From the NCBI GenBank assembly GCA_002104905.1, contig MCFE01000445.1:9746-73745 (forward strand): a stretch of DNA of 64,000 bases. Direction: 5' to 3'. The position numbers were made by a program, and so were the translations under genes. Positions 41,127 through 53,538 of this stretch are shown here, one piece after another; within the stretch, counting starts at the first letter, position 1; each line of letters starts with the position of its first letter. The notes under the pieces are model-generated. The model made no database searches, was not told the DNA's origin, and was given only the letters and a program-made list of their open reading frames with translations. Source of the DNA: Basidiobolus meristosporus CBS 931.73. Its lineage: Eukaryota; Fungi; Basidiobolomycota.

Positions 41127-43351
41127 GCCTGGCCATCAGGTGACGGCTAGGGTGTGATATGCGTTTATTGATCATTGTTGACCATTGCGTTGATTACAAA
41201 CCGGGAATCATGCAGGCGCTCAGCAGTAATTAGCGCAGAGTTGATGTTTCCCTAAGGAGTCAAAATATCGATATCCTGAGAGGCACCGTTGACGGGTTGG
41301 TTTCCATGTTCCAGTGCCGTATGCATCAATCAAGGCGCACCCAATCCAAGGGGCATTCCAGACATGGGATCACGCAGTGTGTTGTAATAAACACCATGTA
41401 TGCATTAGTATAACCTCAGGGCTTCCAGTGGTAACAGCCATGAGTAGCAATCGCCTGTTGCATACATTTAGTGCCTACGTTAAACGTCCCCAAGAAAGGG
41501 GTCTCCTGGGCAAGGCGATGAATCAGAGCCAGAGCGTGCTCGCCTTCCGCAGAACCTCAGTAGCCGCTCTGGACGTCTGGCAGGATCACGGGCTGGTGAG
41601 GTTTGGGCCACTGATATTTCCATCGATATGGGTTTTTGGCTCTGTTCCAAACATATCTGATGTCAAGCAATCATGGTTCCTAGTGTTGCTCACCTTGGCA
41701 TGGGAAGAACCGGTGATGCACTTCTGATCCAGCAGTAGCGAGGTCACTTGGGAATGAGACATTCACGTGAGCCCCACTGATCTTGAGCTGATGATCACTG
41801 GCGAACCAGTAAGCAAGTGAATGGCGGGATAGGTATCAAGTATTAGAGCCACCCCCATCCCCATATCAGGCAAATGCATTCTGCACATTCCGCTGTTGGC
41901 ACCGACCTCTACATCGTTATCATTGCCCTCAACAGTGGAAGTGCCGTTACAGGCGATCCATCCGCTTTCTCGCACACCACATGCTTGCGTAGCAGCGCTG
42001 TGGCTGTGCCGTATTCCACTCTGCCTGATGGCCGTCTTGGTCGAAAGTGCTGGTGCATTCTATATAAACTGGTCTGGTGGAGGGGGTCTGTTCACGATTG
42101 TGGACGGCAAGTATACATCGATCCTCGTAGTATGCCAACTCTCTTACTGTAGCCAAGTAGCTTATTGCTCGGGTTCGCCAAAGGGCAATCCAATCAAGGC
42201 CAATCGCTGTGTACAGGCATCGAAGGCTTTCATGGAGTCAAGTACAGGTGTACTGCTAGTACCTGAGAATCAGCTATGACACCCTCGGTACACTGGGCAG
42301 TTTTATGCTTTAATACGACACGGATGGAACTCTACCTTTGTGCAGCTGTATCTCTTGGCCATCACCATCGAGGTTGCATTTATATGCGTCAATCTGTAGC
42401 CCGTGCTGACGCTTGCCGTTGATAACCATCTAAGAGACTGAGCAGTTCCATTTTAGAGGCACCACACTGGTTCAGTCAGCGTCACTCGAACTTGCATAAG
42501 TCTGATCCTCACGCGAGTATACTGGTGGCCTCGTTCGAAGTACCTTGAGGCATCGATTATCGATTCCGGATGTACCTTCATTCAGCCACTTTGTGAAGCA
42601 CACCCCAGTCACGTATTATGCACTACAAGTCTGCAAGCGCGAACCGTCGATCGAGACCCCATATATCTTCTTTGAATTCCTGCTTGTTTAACCAAGCCAG
42701 CCAACCATCAGTAATCCTGAACTGAATCGTACGCAATGCTGGACTCTATATATGTTCAGAACACATGCTGGAACTAATAAATCGGCAAACTGATGTATAT
42801 TCACCACATTCTTAGACATAAAACGATGGGGGGGGGAGGGTAGTGCTTACACTCAATTAAGTAAGATGACATGGATCTGTTTCTACAACTATTGGTTGGC
42901 TACACTCTATATTTCCCAATCAAGGATTTTGAGAATATTGTCGATTACAGGTAATTGGTTGATATCTAAGACTCTTGGCTTTTTGATACTGGTTTTATGT
43001 CAGTTACCCGCAACCATTACTATACACTACAGTTGCACTGTTTAAATCCACCCGATATCATGGTATGCAAGCGCATGTTCATCAAAAGTAATACCGATCT
43101 AACATGACTTGAAACACCTGTATATATCCGTATATAGATGTCACACTTACAATAAACATCTTGTTGGCTGAGTTCAAGAATATTAGTCAAATTATTTTAA
43201 ACCAATAGCATATAGCACTCATCCAGAGTGATGATTATCTTGGTCTGCATGTTCCTGCTGATAGGCTAAATATGCTTTTTTAATCTAAATTATAGCAAGT
43301 ACTTGTCCTGGATGAAGGGATTTAGAGTTACTTCAATCAATATGTTGCATC

Positions 43352-43683
43352 TGTTGTAAAAATTTGTATTTCCACCTAAATATTCACCTAACTTAGTCAC
43401 TTAGATCATTACCTTCAAATCCTAGAGAATACTGACCAAATTCCTTGTTGGGATTTACTTAGAATATTTACCCAGAACATGAAAGTTCTCAAAGTTGTCC
43501 AAACAGCCCCAAACTTTGCACACATGTTCTTGGGACCTTCCGCAGCCTATGCTACATGTTTGTAATGCCAAGATCAGGTAAAAGTATAAGTACTACTTTT
43601 ACATTCAATAAATCATTAAGTGAAAACCACATAATCTACTTGTTCTCTAAATCACTTCCAATATCTCCAAGACTCTTACAACA
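43352..43683 (+). repeat. 5' LTR (332 bp, short variant)
   Basis: TGTTGTAAAAA...CTTACAACA with terminal inverted TGTTGTAA; direct repeat of 47670-48017. Confidence 0.96.
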
Positions 43684-43695
43684 GGTTATGAGCCC
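43684..43695 (+). promoter_or_regulatory. Primer-binding site GGTTATGAGCCC, complementary to the initiator tRNA-Met anticodon stem-loop (half-tRNA priming, Ty5/copia type)
   Basis: Immediately follows the 5' LTR; matches the known Ty5/copia-type PBS rather than the TGGTATCAGAGC acceptor-stem type. Confidence 0.85.
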
Positions 43696-46600
43696 CAAGC
43701 TGTCACTCTCTGCAGTGTATACTACTGCTATTACTGGAATTTTTCCCTCTGCTGAAAAGTTGGATGGATCTAACTACCAAGTGTGGAAGGTGAAGATGAA
43801 GATGCTGCTACAAGAAAGAGGCCTTTGGGATATTGTCATGGGAGAAGAATGCCCTCCTAAAAATGTGGGAGAGGAAGCTTTAAAGTACCAGAAGAAAGAA
43901 CAAAGTGCCTTTAACTGCATTTGCCTTAATGTCAAGGACAAATTGCTAATTCAATGCTCAAGAGCAAAAACAGCAAAGAATGCCTGGAAGGCATTAGAAG
44001 ACACCTACCAGTCATGTTCAGCTGCCAAGAAAATGTATCTGAGACAAAAATTCTTTACTACAAAGATGCCGCCAGGAGAAGAAATGAAAAATCTAATTAA
44101 CAGAATTACCCTGCTGGTAGATGAGATGGAATCTTTGGGCGTACCAACTACTGATGAGGATGTGATAGTTACCATCCTGAATAGCCTGACAGACAAGTTT
44201 CAGGGCCTTGTATCAGCCCTAGAGTCCAGAACTGAAGATTTGACCTTAAATTACGTATATGGAAGGCTCCTGGATGAAGAATTAAGAAAATCAAGCACCA
44301 ATAAGAAGGAAGAAGAAAATGCTTTAATAAGCAATGATAACCAACAAAGGAGGTACCCAAGACCCTACAAAGGCAACAGCAACCTATTTTGCAACTACTG
44401 CAAAAGGAAAGGACACACATCAGACCGGTGTCATAAAAAGAGAGATTATCAGCAAAAGAAGCCTGAATATGGAAATGCTGCAACAACTGAAGATAGACTA
44501 TTCATATCTGCACTAAATATGAGCACAAACAAGGATTCTCAGACGTGGTATATTGACTCTGGAGCTTCTCAACACTTTACACACCAAAAAGAACTTTTAC
44601 CCAATATCAAGAAATTCCAATTGAGAAGGTTTTCATGGGTGATGATAGAACACTTGATGCAGTGGGAGAAGGAACTATCCAAGTAAACCTAAGAAGCAGT
44701 GAAGGAAGCCATACACTGACCTTTAAAGAAGTACTTTATGTACTAGAAATAGCCAAGAACCTACTCTCTGTAAGCAAGGCCGCAGCAGAAGGACTCAGTT
44801 TTAGCTTTGACAATTCTGGATGCAGGATCACTGATCAAAATGGTGCTCATATTGCTTTGGGCATCAGAGATCAGAATCTATACAAGTTGACTTATATTCC
44901 ATCATACTTGGAAGCCAATATAAGTAACTTAAATGAAGAAACACCAATGCTTTGGCACAGGAGATTTGGACACATCAATTTTGATTATTTGCGTAAAATG
45001 ATCAAAGATCAGCTAATTTCTGGAGTGAAAGTTGATCCCCCAGCTAGTTTGGAGCACTGTGAAGCCTGCATATATGGGAAACAAGCCAGACAACCGTTCA
45101 AGAGCTCTGGGTTAATCAAAACTAAGAAAAAATTAGATCTAATTCACTCAGATCTGTGTGGACCTATGCAAAATTTATCCTTAGGCGGGATGAAGTATTT
45201 AATCACTTTTATTGATGATTATACAAGATACACATGGGTCTACTTCATGGAGAGAAAGGAAGAAGCTCTGTCTAAGTTCAGGGAGTTTAAAGCCATGGTG
45301 GAGAGAGAAACTGGTGAAAAAATCAAGAAAATACGCTCTGATAATGGTGGAGAATATACCTCAAAACTCTTCATCCACTTCTGCAAAATTCATGGGATAA
45401 AGCAAGAGACTACTGTACCATACTCCCCACAGCAAAATGGAGTAGCAGAACAAGCTAACAGATCAATAATTGATATGGCAAGATCTATGATCCATTATCA
45501 AAAATTATCCTATGATTTTTGGGCAAAATCAGTTGCCACTGCTGTATATCTTAAAAATAGGAGTTACAACAGAATACTTTGTGATTCTACTCCATTTGAA
45601 GCATGGTATGGATACAGACCAAGTGCAGAACATCTAAGAATATTTGGGTGTACAGTATATGCCAAAAAACTGGCCGGAAATCAGTCAAAATTTGAGCCCA
45701 AAAGTGTAAGATGCATATTTTTGGGCTACTGCAATGAGAGTAAGGCATACAGACTCTACAATACTAAAGCAAAGAAGCTGATCAAGTCCAGGGATGTGTT
45801 ATTTGATGAAAATTCAAAATTTTTACAAAAAATGACATCAGATGATGACAAAAATTTGATCTCAAGTCCACCAATTGTCAGGATTGAATCAGAGCAAAAC
45901 AATGAGCATTTTTTCACTCCAGAGGACTCTACAACCGTGGTTCAGCCAGAATCAGTGCCCAGGAACATCCCAGAAGTGATCATTCCAGTATCAAATGCCC
46001 GGAGATTCAATCAGACAAGAAATAGCCCAAATTACTATATCAATGAGGGTACAAACTTAGCCTATGCCTATTCAGTCCATATTGATGAACCCCAGACTGT
46101 AAAAGAGGCCCTAAATAGCCCTCAGACAAAGTTTTGGAGATCTGCAATGACTGAGGAATATCAGGCCCTGATGGAAAATCAAACTTGGGACTTAGTCAAA
46201 TTACCAATCAACCAAAAATCAATTGGGTGCAGATGGGTCTTCAAGACAAAATACAAGGCTGATGGTACAATTGAAAGATACAAAGCAAGACTTGTAGCCA
46301 AAGGATACTCTCAAACAAAAGGACTTGACTATACTGAGACCTTTGCACTGGTAGCCAAGTTTAATTCCATCAGATTAATATTGGCTATTGCAGCCAAATA
46401 TAAGTTTTTTATTCATTAAATGGATGTAAAAGCTGCATTTTTGAATGGAGAACTTGATGAGGACGTGTATATGGACCAGCCTGATGGGTTTGTTGACCAA
46501 GATAACCCCCATTTGGTCTGCAAGCTTAAAAAGTCACTATATGGTCTCAAACTATCACCAAGAGCCTGGAATTGCAAGATAGATTCTTATTTGGAACCTT

Positions 46601-47658
46601 TGAGTTTCATAAGAAGTAATGCTGACTATGGTATATACTATAAGCCAGATAGAGCAAGTGCAGTTCTATTAGCTCTATATGTGGATGATCTTATTATAGC
46701 CACCAATAACCTAGAAACATTGGAAGAGACTAAATCCAGCCTATCTAAGGAGTTCAAGATGTCCAATCTAGAAAAACTTGGTTACTACTTAGGGATTAAG
46801 TTCTCCATAGACAGAAGTACCCAGACTATCACCCTAACTCAATCCAAGTATATTCAAGATATACTAAAGAAGTACAAAATGGAAGACTGTAAACCGGCAG
46901 CTACCCCAATGGAGACAAACCTTAACATGGTCAAAACTCAACCAAATGAAGAGAGCTTGGTGCCATCTGAAAGCCCTGACTTTCCTTATCAATCTATGGT
47001 TGGCAGTCTGATGTATATCATGCTTGGAACACGTCCAGATATCTCATATTCAGTGGGAGTTGTCAGCCAACATAATCAGAACTATAGATCTGATCATATT
47101 GCAGCAGTTAAGCGGATTTTTAGATACCTAAAAGGAACTGCTGATATTTGCTTAAGATACACTTATAAGGACTCAGAACAAGATCTTGTGGGATACTCTG
47201 ATGCAGATTGGGGACAAAATTTAGAAGACAGAAGATCCACCACAGGATACACCTTTCTTTACTGTAAAGGAGTAATTTCATGGAATTCAAGAAAGCAACC
47301 AACTGTAGCACTTTCCACCACAGAGGCAGAGTATATGGCAGCCTGTGAAGCTACAAAAGAAGCAATGTGGTTAAGAAAGCTGTTTACAGATTGAGGCCTA
47401 TGTCAAAAAACGCCTATTACTTTATTTCAAGATAATCAAGGATGTATACAATTAGGTAGAAATCCAACTTTTCATGCTAGAACCAAGCACATAGATATTA
47501 GACATCATTTCATATGTGAAGCTATAGAGAATAACTTAGTTAGCTTAGTTTACTGTCCTACAGATGAAATGATTGCAGACATATTTACCAAACCATTAGC
47601 TAGAGACAAGTTTGAATATCTTAGGTCAAAATTAGGACTAGTCAGTATGAACATTTAG
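43688..47658 (+). pseudogene. Copia gag-pol polyprotein, disrupted (frameshift ~44630; in-frame stops 46417-46419 and 47392-47394)
   Basis: EKLDGSNYQVWKVKMK (gag), CNYCKRKGHTSDRC (CCHC), WYIDSGASQH (PR), LWHRRFGH / IHSDLCGP / IRSDNGGEY (IN), YKARLVAKGYSQ / LKKSLYGLK / LYVDDL (RT), GYSDADWG / EAEYMA / ADIFTK (RH). IH*MDVKAAF shows Q replaced by a stop. Confidence 0.95.
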
Positions 47659-47660
47659 CT

Positions 47661-47669
47661 GAGTGGGGG
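47661..47669 (+). promoter_or_regulatory. Polypurine tract GAGTGGGGG
   Basis: Purine-rich run directly abutting the 3' LTR TG. Confidence 0.8.
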
Positions 47670-48017
47670 TGTTGTAAAAATTTGTAGTTCCACCTAAATA
47701 TTTACCTAACTTAGTCACTTAGATCATTACCTTCAAATCCTAGAGAATACTGACCAAATTCCTTGTTGGGATTTGCTTAGAATATTTTCACCAAAATACC
47801 AGGTACCCAGAACATGATAATTCTCAAAGTTGTCCAAACAGCCCCAAACTTTGCACACATGTTCTTGGGACCTTCCTTAGCCTATTCTACATGTTTGTAA
47901 TGCCAAGATCAGGCAAAAGTATAAATACCACTTTTACATTCAATAAATCATTAAGTGAAAACCACATGATCTACTTGTTCTCCCATCACTTCCAATATCT
48001 CCAAGACTCTTACAACA
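47670..48017 (+). repeat. 3' LTR (348 bp, long variant)
   Basis: Direct repeat of the 5' LTR with ~14 substitutions, a 17-bp insertion and a 1-bp indel (manual alignment). Confidence 0.96.
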
Positions 48018-48074
48018 GCATCTCTAATCAATTTTACTATTTGCATCTAAATAGTGCTGTGAGGAATGTGAAAT

Positions 48075-48262
48075 ATCAAAGGTGATTGCTAGATTGTTTG
48101 GCACTCACCTAATATTTCATTGGGTGTAAAAGTGGTATATTTACTTCTCCATAGTCTTGGCCATAAAAAATTAAAGAATATGCTCAAAAAGGTCCCAAAT
48201 AACATATGTGCAAAGTTTGGGACTGTTTGGACAACTTTGAGATATCTCATATACTGGGTACA
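48075..48262 (-). mobile_element. Degenerate LTR fragment of the same copia family
   Basis: Reverse complement reads tacccagtatatgagatatctcaaagttgtccaaacagtcccaaactttgcacatatgtt, matching the LTR core. Ends approximate. Confidence 0.75.
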
Positions 48263-48416
48263 CTACATGTCTAGGATGGTCTCAAGAGCATGAGTGGAAA
48301 TTTTGGAAGTGCTCATCAACTACCATGTGCTTAACTTTCAAAGCCCAATGTGCTATAGTAGACTGTTTTCTTGAGTTGTCAGAAATTGTTTATAGAATAA
48401 TGCAATATGTGCTATA

Positions 48417-48763
48417 TGTTATAAAAACTTGTAATTTCACCTAAATATTGACTCTACTTGATCACTTATATCATTACCTGCAAATCTTGGAGAATACTGA
48501 TTAAATTTCTTGCTGGGATTTACTTGGTGAAATTTCATGACCTGGGTACCTAATATTATGGTGAAAGTATTCTAAGATGTCCAAACAGCCCCAAACTTTG
48601 TACACATGTTGTTGGGACCTTTCTAAGCATATTCTACATTTTTGCTTTGCTTCAATCATGTTAATATAAAATACTACTTTTACATTCAATAATCATTAAG
48701 TGAAAACCACATAATCTACTTGTCCTCCCAGTCACTTCCAATATCTCCAAGACTCTTGCAGCA
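48417..48763 (+). mobile_element. Degenerate solo LTR of the same copia family
   Basis: tgttataaaaacttgtaatttcacctaaata...ccaagactcttgcagca aligns end to end with the LTR. Flanks ctata/ttaca could be a decayed TSD. Confidence 0.85.
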
Positions 48764-48970
48764 TTACATGGTGGTCCTTTTGTCTTCATAGCTTTGTCCT
48801 ATTCTTGAACAGAGTACAAGTAGATTGCAAGCATATATATTACACTTGATTATAAATATATTTCAGGCAGATATCAGAGGTTCTCTCTACTACAACACTA
48901 AGAAAAAAAATTAAGAAAATGCCAGCCAAATACCTTCACAAAATCAGCTGAATTCCAAGCTTCTCAAAAT

Positions 48971-49217
48971 TGACAACTCTCAATATCTCTGTTGTTAGCT
49001 GATTGGCAGGCAAGCAAATGTATTCTCCAGGAGGAGACTAGGCCAACCAGTTTCCACACCAAATTTGGTAATTAGCTGCCTGTTACTTCCATCAAAATTT
49101 TCATTTAAAACTTGAACCAAAAACACCAGCTGAATACCAGTAAAATACCATTGGTACACCAGCTGAATACTGGCTGAAAATCAGATGAATTCCAAGTTTG
49201 TGATTTTTCATAGGGCA
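48971..49217. repeat. Unclassified ~240-bp interspersed repeat, copy 1
   Basis: tgacaactctcaatat...ggagactaggccaac...cacaccaaattt...caccagctgaat...atgaattccaa...catagggca recurs at 49854-50082. Confidence 0.75.
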
Positions 49218-49499
49218 AGCCTTTGGTACTACACCAAACTAACTTAATCTTTTAGATTGTAACCAACAGGCACTTGTACTTCTGGTCTGCATTCCTTTTA
49301 AGTGACCATTTGATGTGTTTTCTAAGATGTTAGGTGCCCAGTGCCATAAGAGCTTCTGAGACATTGGAAGTGACTGGGAGAATAGGTAGATATTCTAAAT
49401 CTTGCCAAGTATGAGTCAAGTGTAAGAGTTCTATTTGTACTTCAGCATGGCCTAGGTAGCTATATTGGTTCACACCAATTCTACTAATATACCAATATC

Positions 49500-49840
49500 T
49501 ATTGTAAAGATTTATATTTCAACCTAAATATTCACCTGACTTAGACACTTAGATCATTACCTACAAGTCCTGAAGAATACTGACTAAATTCCCTGTTGGA
49601 ATTTACTTGGAAAATTTTCACCAAAACATCAGGTACATAGAACATGAAAATATTCCAAGTTGTCCAACCAGCCTCAAACTTTGCACACATGTTCTTGTGA
49701 CCTTCTTAAGCATATCCAATGTGTTTGTTTGCCAAGGCCATGGAAAAGTATAAGTACTACTTTAGTAGCAGTTGGGAGAACATGGTATTATGTAGTTTTT
49801 ACTAGATGATTGATTGAATGTAACAATGTATTAATACTTG
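49500..49840. mobile_element. Rearranged LTR copy: + strand 5' part (49500-49763) joined to its own 3' part inverted (~49765-49840)
   Basis: The + part aligns with the LTR up to gtactacttt; the following gttgggagaac...ttaatactt is the reverse complement of the expected continuation. Confidence 0.7.
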
Positions 49841-49853
49841 TACATGATCCAGC

Positions 49854-50082
49854 TGACAACTCTCAATATTTCAGGTATTAGCTTCATGGTAGATAAGCAC
49901 ACATCCTTTTCAGGGGGAGACTAGGCCAACTAGCATTCACACCAAATTTAGTAATCAGCTGCTCTTTACTTCCACCAAAAATTGCAACTGAAAATTTGAA
50001 GCAGAAACACCAGCTGAATCCACACCAACTGAATACCAGCTAAAAATCCAATGAATTCCAACTTCGAGATTTCCATAGCGTA
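49854..50082. repeat. Unclassified ~240-bp interspersed repeat, copy 2
   Basis: Colinear with 48971-49217, same orientation. Confidence 0.75.
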
Positions 50083-51154
50083 CCTTTGCTTGTATTTGTA
50101 CTGGATAAATCAGTAAATGAACCTCATACCGATTTTCTAGTAGTCCACACCGCTTCTAACACTCCTAAAAATGTTGCAGTAATATTCACTAGTTAGTAAG
50201 GCAAACATCAATAATGTACCTGTGCATTTTATGGAATTTTCGAGTACTAGCAATGCAAACGTGTTGAAAAAGATCAGTGTTGCGGGCGTATTTGGAGGAT
50301 TTTGGGAAACTTCGATATTCCCCGTTTGGGCACCCGGTACTGCAAAGCCATTATTCAGATGTCAACTGAAGCACATTATGGGACCAGGATTGAGTTCAAA
50401 AACAGAGTGAAGCCCTAATCCGTTATAAATGAATAGTTTAGTACCAATCTCATTTGTAACGGGGGCTCCCTGGGCTAACATGGTGCACCATTGACAAATT
50501 CCTACCGACCACTTCCCTGATATAGTATGTAATACTCAGGCTGTCCCCTAACTCAATCCAAGTATTATTAAGCATAATCAGAATATGGGGGTATGGTGTA
50601 GAATACATGCTTCCAGATGCACTAGCTGATACGGTTTGTAGCACTCTGGAAGCAGCTACACATAGGATGCAGTCGAGTTGCTCACTTCAAGCCTAGGAAG
50701 AAATTGATGGGCAACAAGATTGGTTGAACTGGGGGTTGAGTTAGATTCCATGCGATATCGATGTATTCTAATATTGCACAATGTGTAACAAAAACAGGTT
50801 TCTAGGATCTCTTTACAAGCAACACAGCGTCAGCGCTACGCTACAGGTGGATTACTACTTAGGAACCTACGGTAGTCGATACATGGCCATACAACTCATG
50901 CCGGGAAACACTTCAAACCGAATCGCCTTGATTCGGATTTCCTGTATTGTGAGGGAAATACGGGGTAGCAAATAGAATGGCGATTCCCAACTTAATCACA
51001 ACCTCCAAATACTGTGGCACATTGATGAAAGAGTTGGAGCAACGATGGGTCAACTGACCCTAAGATTCGATGATTACGAGAGAACATCTAACCAGGACCC
51101 CAGAGCTGATCCATCATATATATAAGGGATCATTTCACACGAGCTCACTCCATC

Positions 51155-51169
51155 GTGTGTGTGTGTGTG
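51155..51169. repeat. (GT)n microsatellite directly abutting the GNAT start codon
   Basis: gtgtgtgtgtgtgtg followed by ATG at 51170. Confidence 0.85.
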
Positions 51170-51676
51170 ATGGAGATACTCCCACTGAAGCAAGAAGATG
51201 TTCCAAGCGTCAAAGCATTTCTCTTCAAAGTAATCGAAGAGGACTTTGGCTATCAGTTCAATCCCGCTTGGCACTCAGATATAGCCAACCTAGAGAGAGT
51301 TTACTTACAAGACCCCAGAAGCTATTTCTTGGTGGGTTGGAATGGCGATGGCAGTATTGCTGGAACCATCGCCATCCGCAAATATCCCAACAGCTTCCCT
51401 GAGGTTAACCACCTATACGACGACAGAACAACGTCGATGGTTGTGCGGCATTTTGTTTCCAGGTCTCAGCGAAACAAAGGGGTTGGGTCTCAGTTGCTGA
51501 AGGATGTAGAGGCTTACGCAAGGGAATCCGGCGTCAATACCCTGTATCTACATACACAAATCACCATCCCCGGCTCCCTAGAATATTGGTTGGCCAAGGG
51601 CTACAAGGTTACTTTAGACACTAAGAATCAATTAGGAACTGTACATTTAGAAAAGCACCTGCCTCGAGTGGAATAA
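51170..51676 (+). CDS. GNAT-family N-acetyltransferase, intronless, 168 aa, prokaryote-like
   Basis: Acetyl-CoA motif A RHFVSRSQRNKGVGSQLL, then LYLHTQ..PGSLEYWLAKGY. The N-terminal DFGYQFNPAWHSDIANLERVY resembles bacterial/archaeal GNATs (from memory). Confidence 0.88.
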   Translation: MEILPLKQEDVPSVKAFLFKVIEEDFGYQFNPAWHSDIANLERVYLQDPRSYFLVGWNGDGSIAGTIAIRKYPNSFPEVNHLYDDRTTSMVVRHFVSRSQRNKGVGSQLLKDVEAYARESGVNTLYLHTQITIPGSLEYWLAKGYKVTLDTKNQLGTVHLEKHLPRVE

Positions 51677-51974
51677 AAACTGCTGGTAGCATCTGTACCC
51701 GTATTCATATATTGCTAATAGATTAAATATATCGAGCGATGTCGATTGGCCAAACCTTAGGCCCGATTTCCTAGAAACAGTGGTGGAAGCGATAAGTTGA
51801 ATAATGATAGTAATGTGAGATCTAACTGATGTGGTACACGCGGTCAGCACCATTGGATGGGAGATACGACCAATGGCATTTAACTGGGGGTGGTGTCAAA
51901 TACAAGTTGAAAGGTCTAGCAAGCACTATAAATTACCAGCCAAGCACAATACTCGGTTGCTGTTGAACATCTAG

Positions 51975-52574
51975 TAGCAATGAATGGTGGGAAACCCGAC
52001 GCCGAAGTCTCGCGGAGCCGCCATATACTCCTGACTGAACAAAGTGAATTCACATGGTATATTTCCTTTTCCGTTCCGTCCTCATTTCCCAACTAATTCT
52101 CACCACTCATCAAGGCGCTAGGCTATCATTGGCTCTTTGCTTGGCTGTGTGGTGAAGGCCAAGATAATGGCGGGCGGATTTGTGCTTTCGTTTGTTGTGG
52201 TGCTGCTTGCCTATTGGGTATATATTTTGGACAGGATACACATAATCTTTTGACTAGGTACTGCATTCGGCGGTACTCGTATGATGAATGCTGATTGAGT
52301 CTGGAAGTAACAGTCAGAGCCAAACTTTGCTTTCTTTGGTGCGGGACTAATGACCCCGCCACACACTTTGGTGTCGTTCCTTTTGGGGGCCCTTGTCGTA
52401 TATGGGATTGCTGGACCGTTAATGGTCGAGTATGGGTACTTGGTTGCTGTTTGTGGGTTTGGCAAAGCAGCAAACGGATCGGCGCAAGCCTGGTTTATCT
52501 GGGCAGCTTTTACAGTCACAGGTTTAATTCAAAATAGACCATCAGGCTTTATATACTACTCTAAGCCAGAGTAA
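51975..52574 (+). pseudogene. Possible decayed fragment of an OPT/YSL-type oligopeptide transporter
   Basis: Stretch PNFAFFGAGLMTPPHTLVSFLLGALVVYGIAGPLMVEYG...AQAWFIWAAF resembles OPT TM segments (PAFxGxGM...SFxxGxxLxWGIxGP...YWLLWPG). Upstream pieces are broken by stops. Confidence 0.35.
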
Positions 52575-53538
52575 TATTTTTGTTATTTTTCATATATCTG
52601 TGTGAGCGCAGTATGATTCGGAACACTCAAAGATCTGGGTGCTACTTACTCTAGCTAATTAAGCTCAAGCGTAGCGTTGATGTGACATGGTTTTGCTTCA
52701 AATAATATGTTTGGCACCTATATTCATATGGTTGGATATAATATTCTTTGCCCTGACATTAATATCTATGGACTTCATTGGCTTGCAACATTTCGTGGAG
52801 CTTCGCATACAGCAGCATGGGACAATCCTCAAACCGTTTTTATCATTACCTCTACAAAGTTCGTACAACACTAGGGTGACTTGGATTCCCAAGACAATAT
52901 TCGAGATTCTGGTAATTGACCAAGTGTAACTTGCGTTGTATGCATAATTGCATAATTTAGGTGCGATACCAGCCAATTGCACTAATTTGGACCATGACCA
53001 TTAAAAAATGATTATGATCATATCCTTAGAGTAAAAGTAAGCATACTGTCAATATTATACCATTGAATATATCATTTCATAAAAACAACGAAATATTTGG
53101 GCCTATGTGAGCCCCGGATCTTATGCATAAATGCACTTAACTAGCTAGAATGTCTACAGAGTAAACCAAAAATCCACTTGGGTTATGCGGTCGGAATTTT
53201 TCATACCACAGCCTAAAATATCAGGATTGGAGTGTCGAAGTATTGCCGAAAGCTCGGGCTCGCAGAAATTCAGAGTAGCAGTCGCATCAAACGTCATTGC
53301 TGGGTTAGGCTCTTTTAATTGGCCGAATTGCACAGGGCATGAGACAGCTCATCGATGGCGAAATCAAATGTGCCAGTCTCCTTCTATCTCGGCGTTGTCA
53401 AAGCTTGCCATGTTTGCTTATTTTCCACAGTAACTTGTGGTTTTTTCGACTACACTTCCGCAGTTGGCTATCCCTCGTACATATATCTCAAACCCGCTCT
53501 ACCCCACTCCTTACACTCACAGTAACTGCATTCCAATC

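Larger units (their letters stand above)
43352..48017 (+). mobile_element. Full-length Ty1/copia LTR retrotransposon (decayed) with 5-bp TSD GCATC
   Basis: TG...CA LTRs at 43352-43683 and 47670-48017. GCATC at 43347-43351 and 48018-48022. PBS and PPT present. Internal order gag-PR-IN-RT-RH is copia-type. Confidence 0.97.

Noticed and set aside
43556-43687. ORF-track gag start at 43556, and ORFs 47891-48085 and 55040-55306
   Set aside because: These lie inside LTR sequence. The same MFVMPR..KSI.TTF peptide recurs only because the LTR is repeated.
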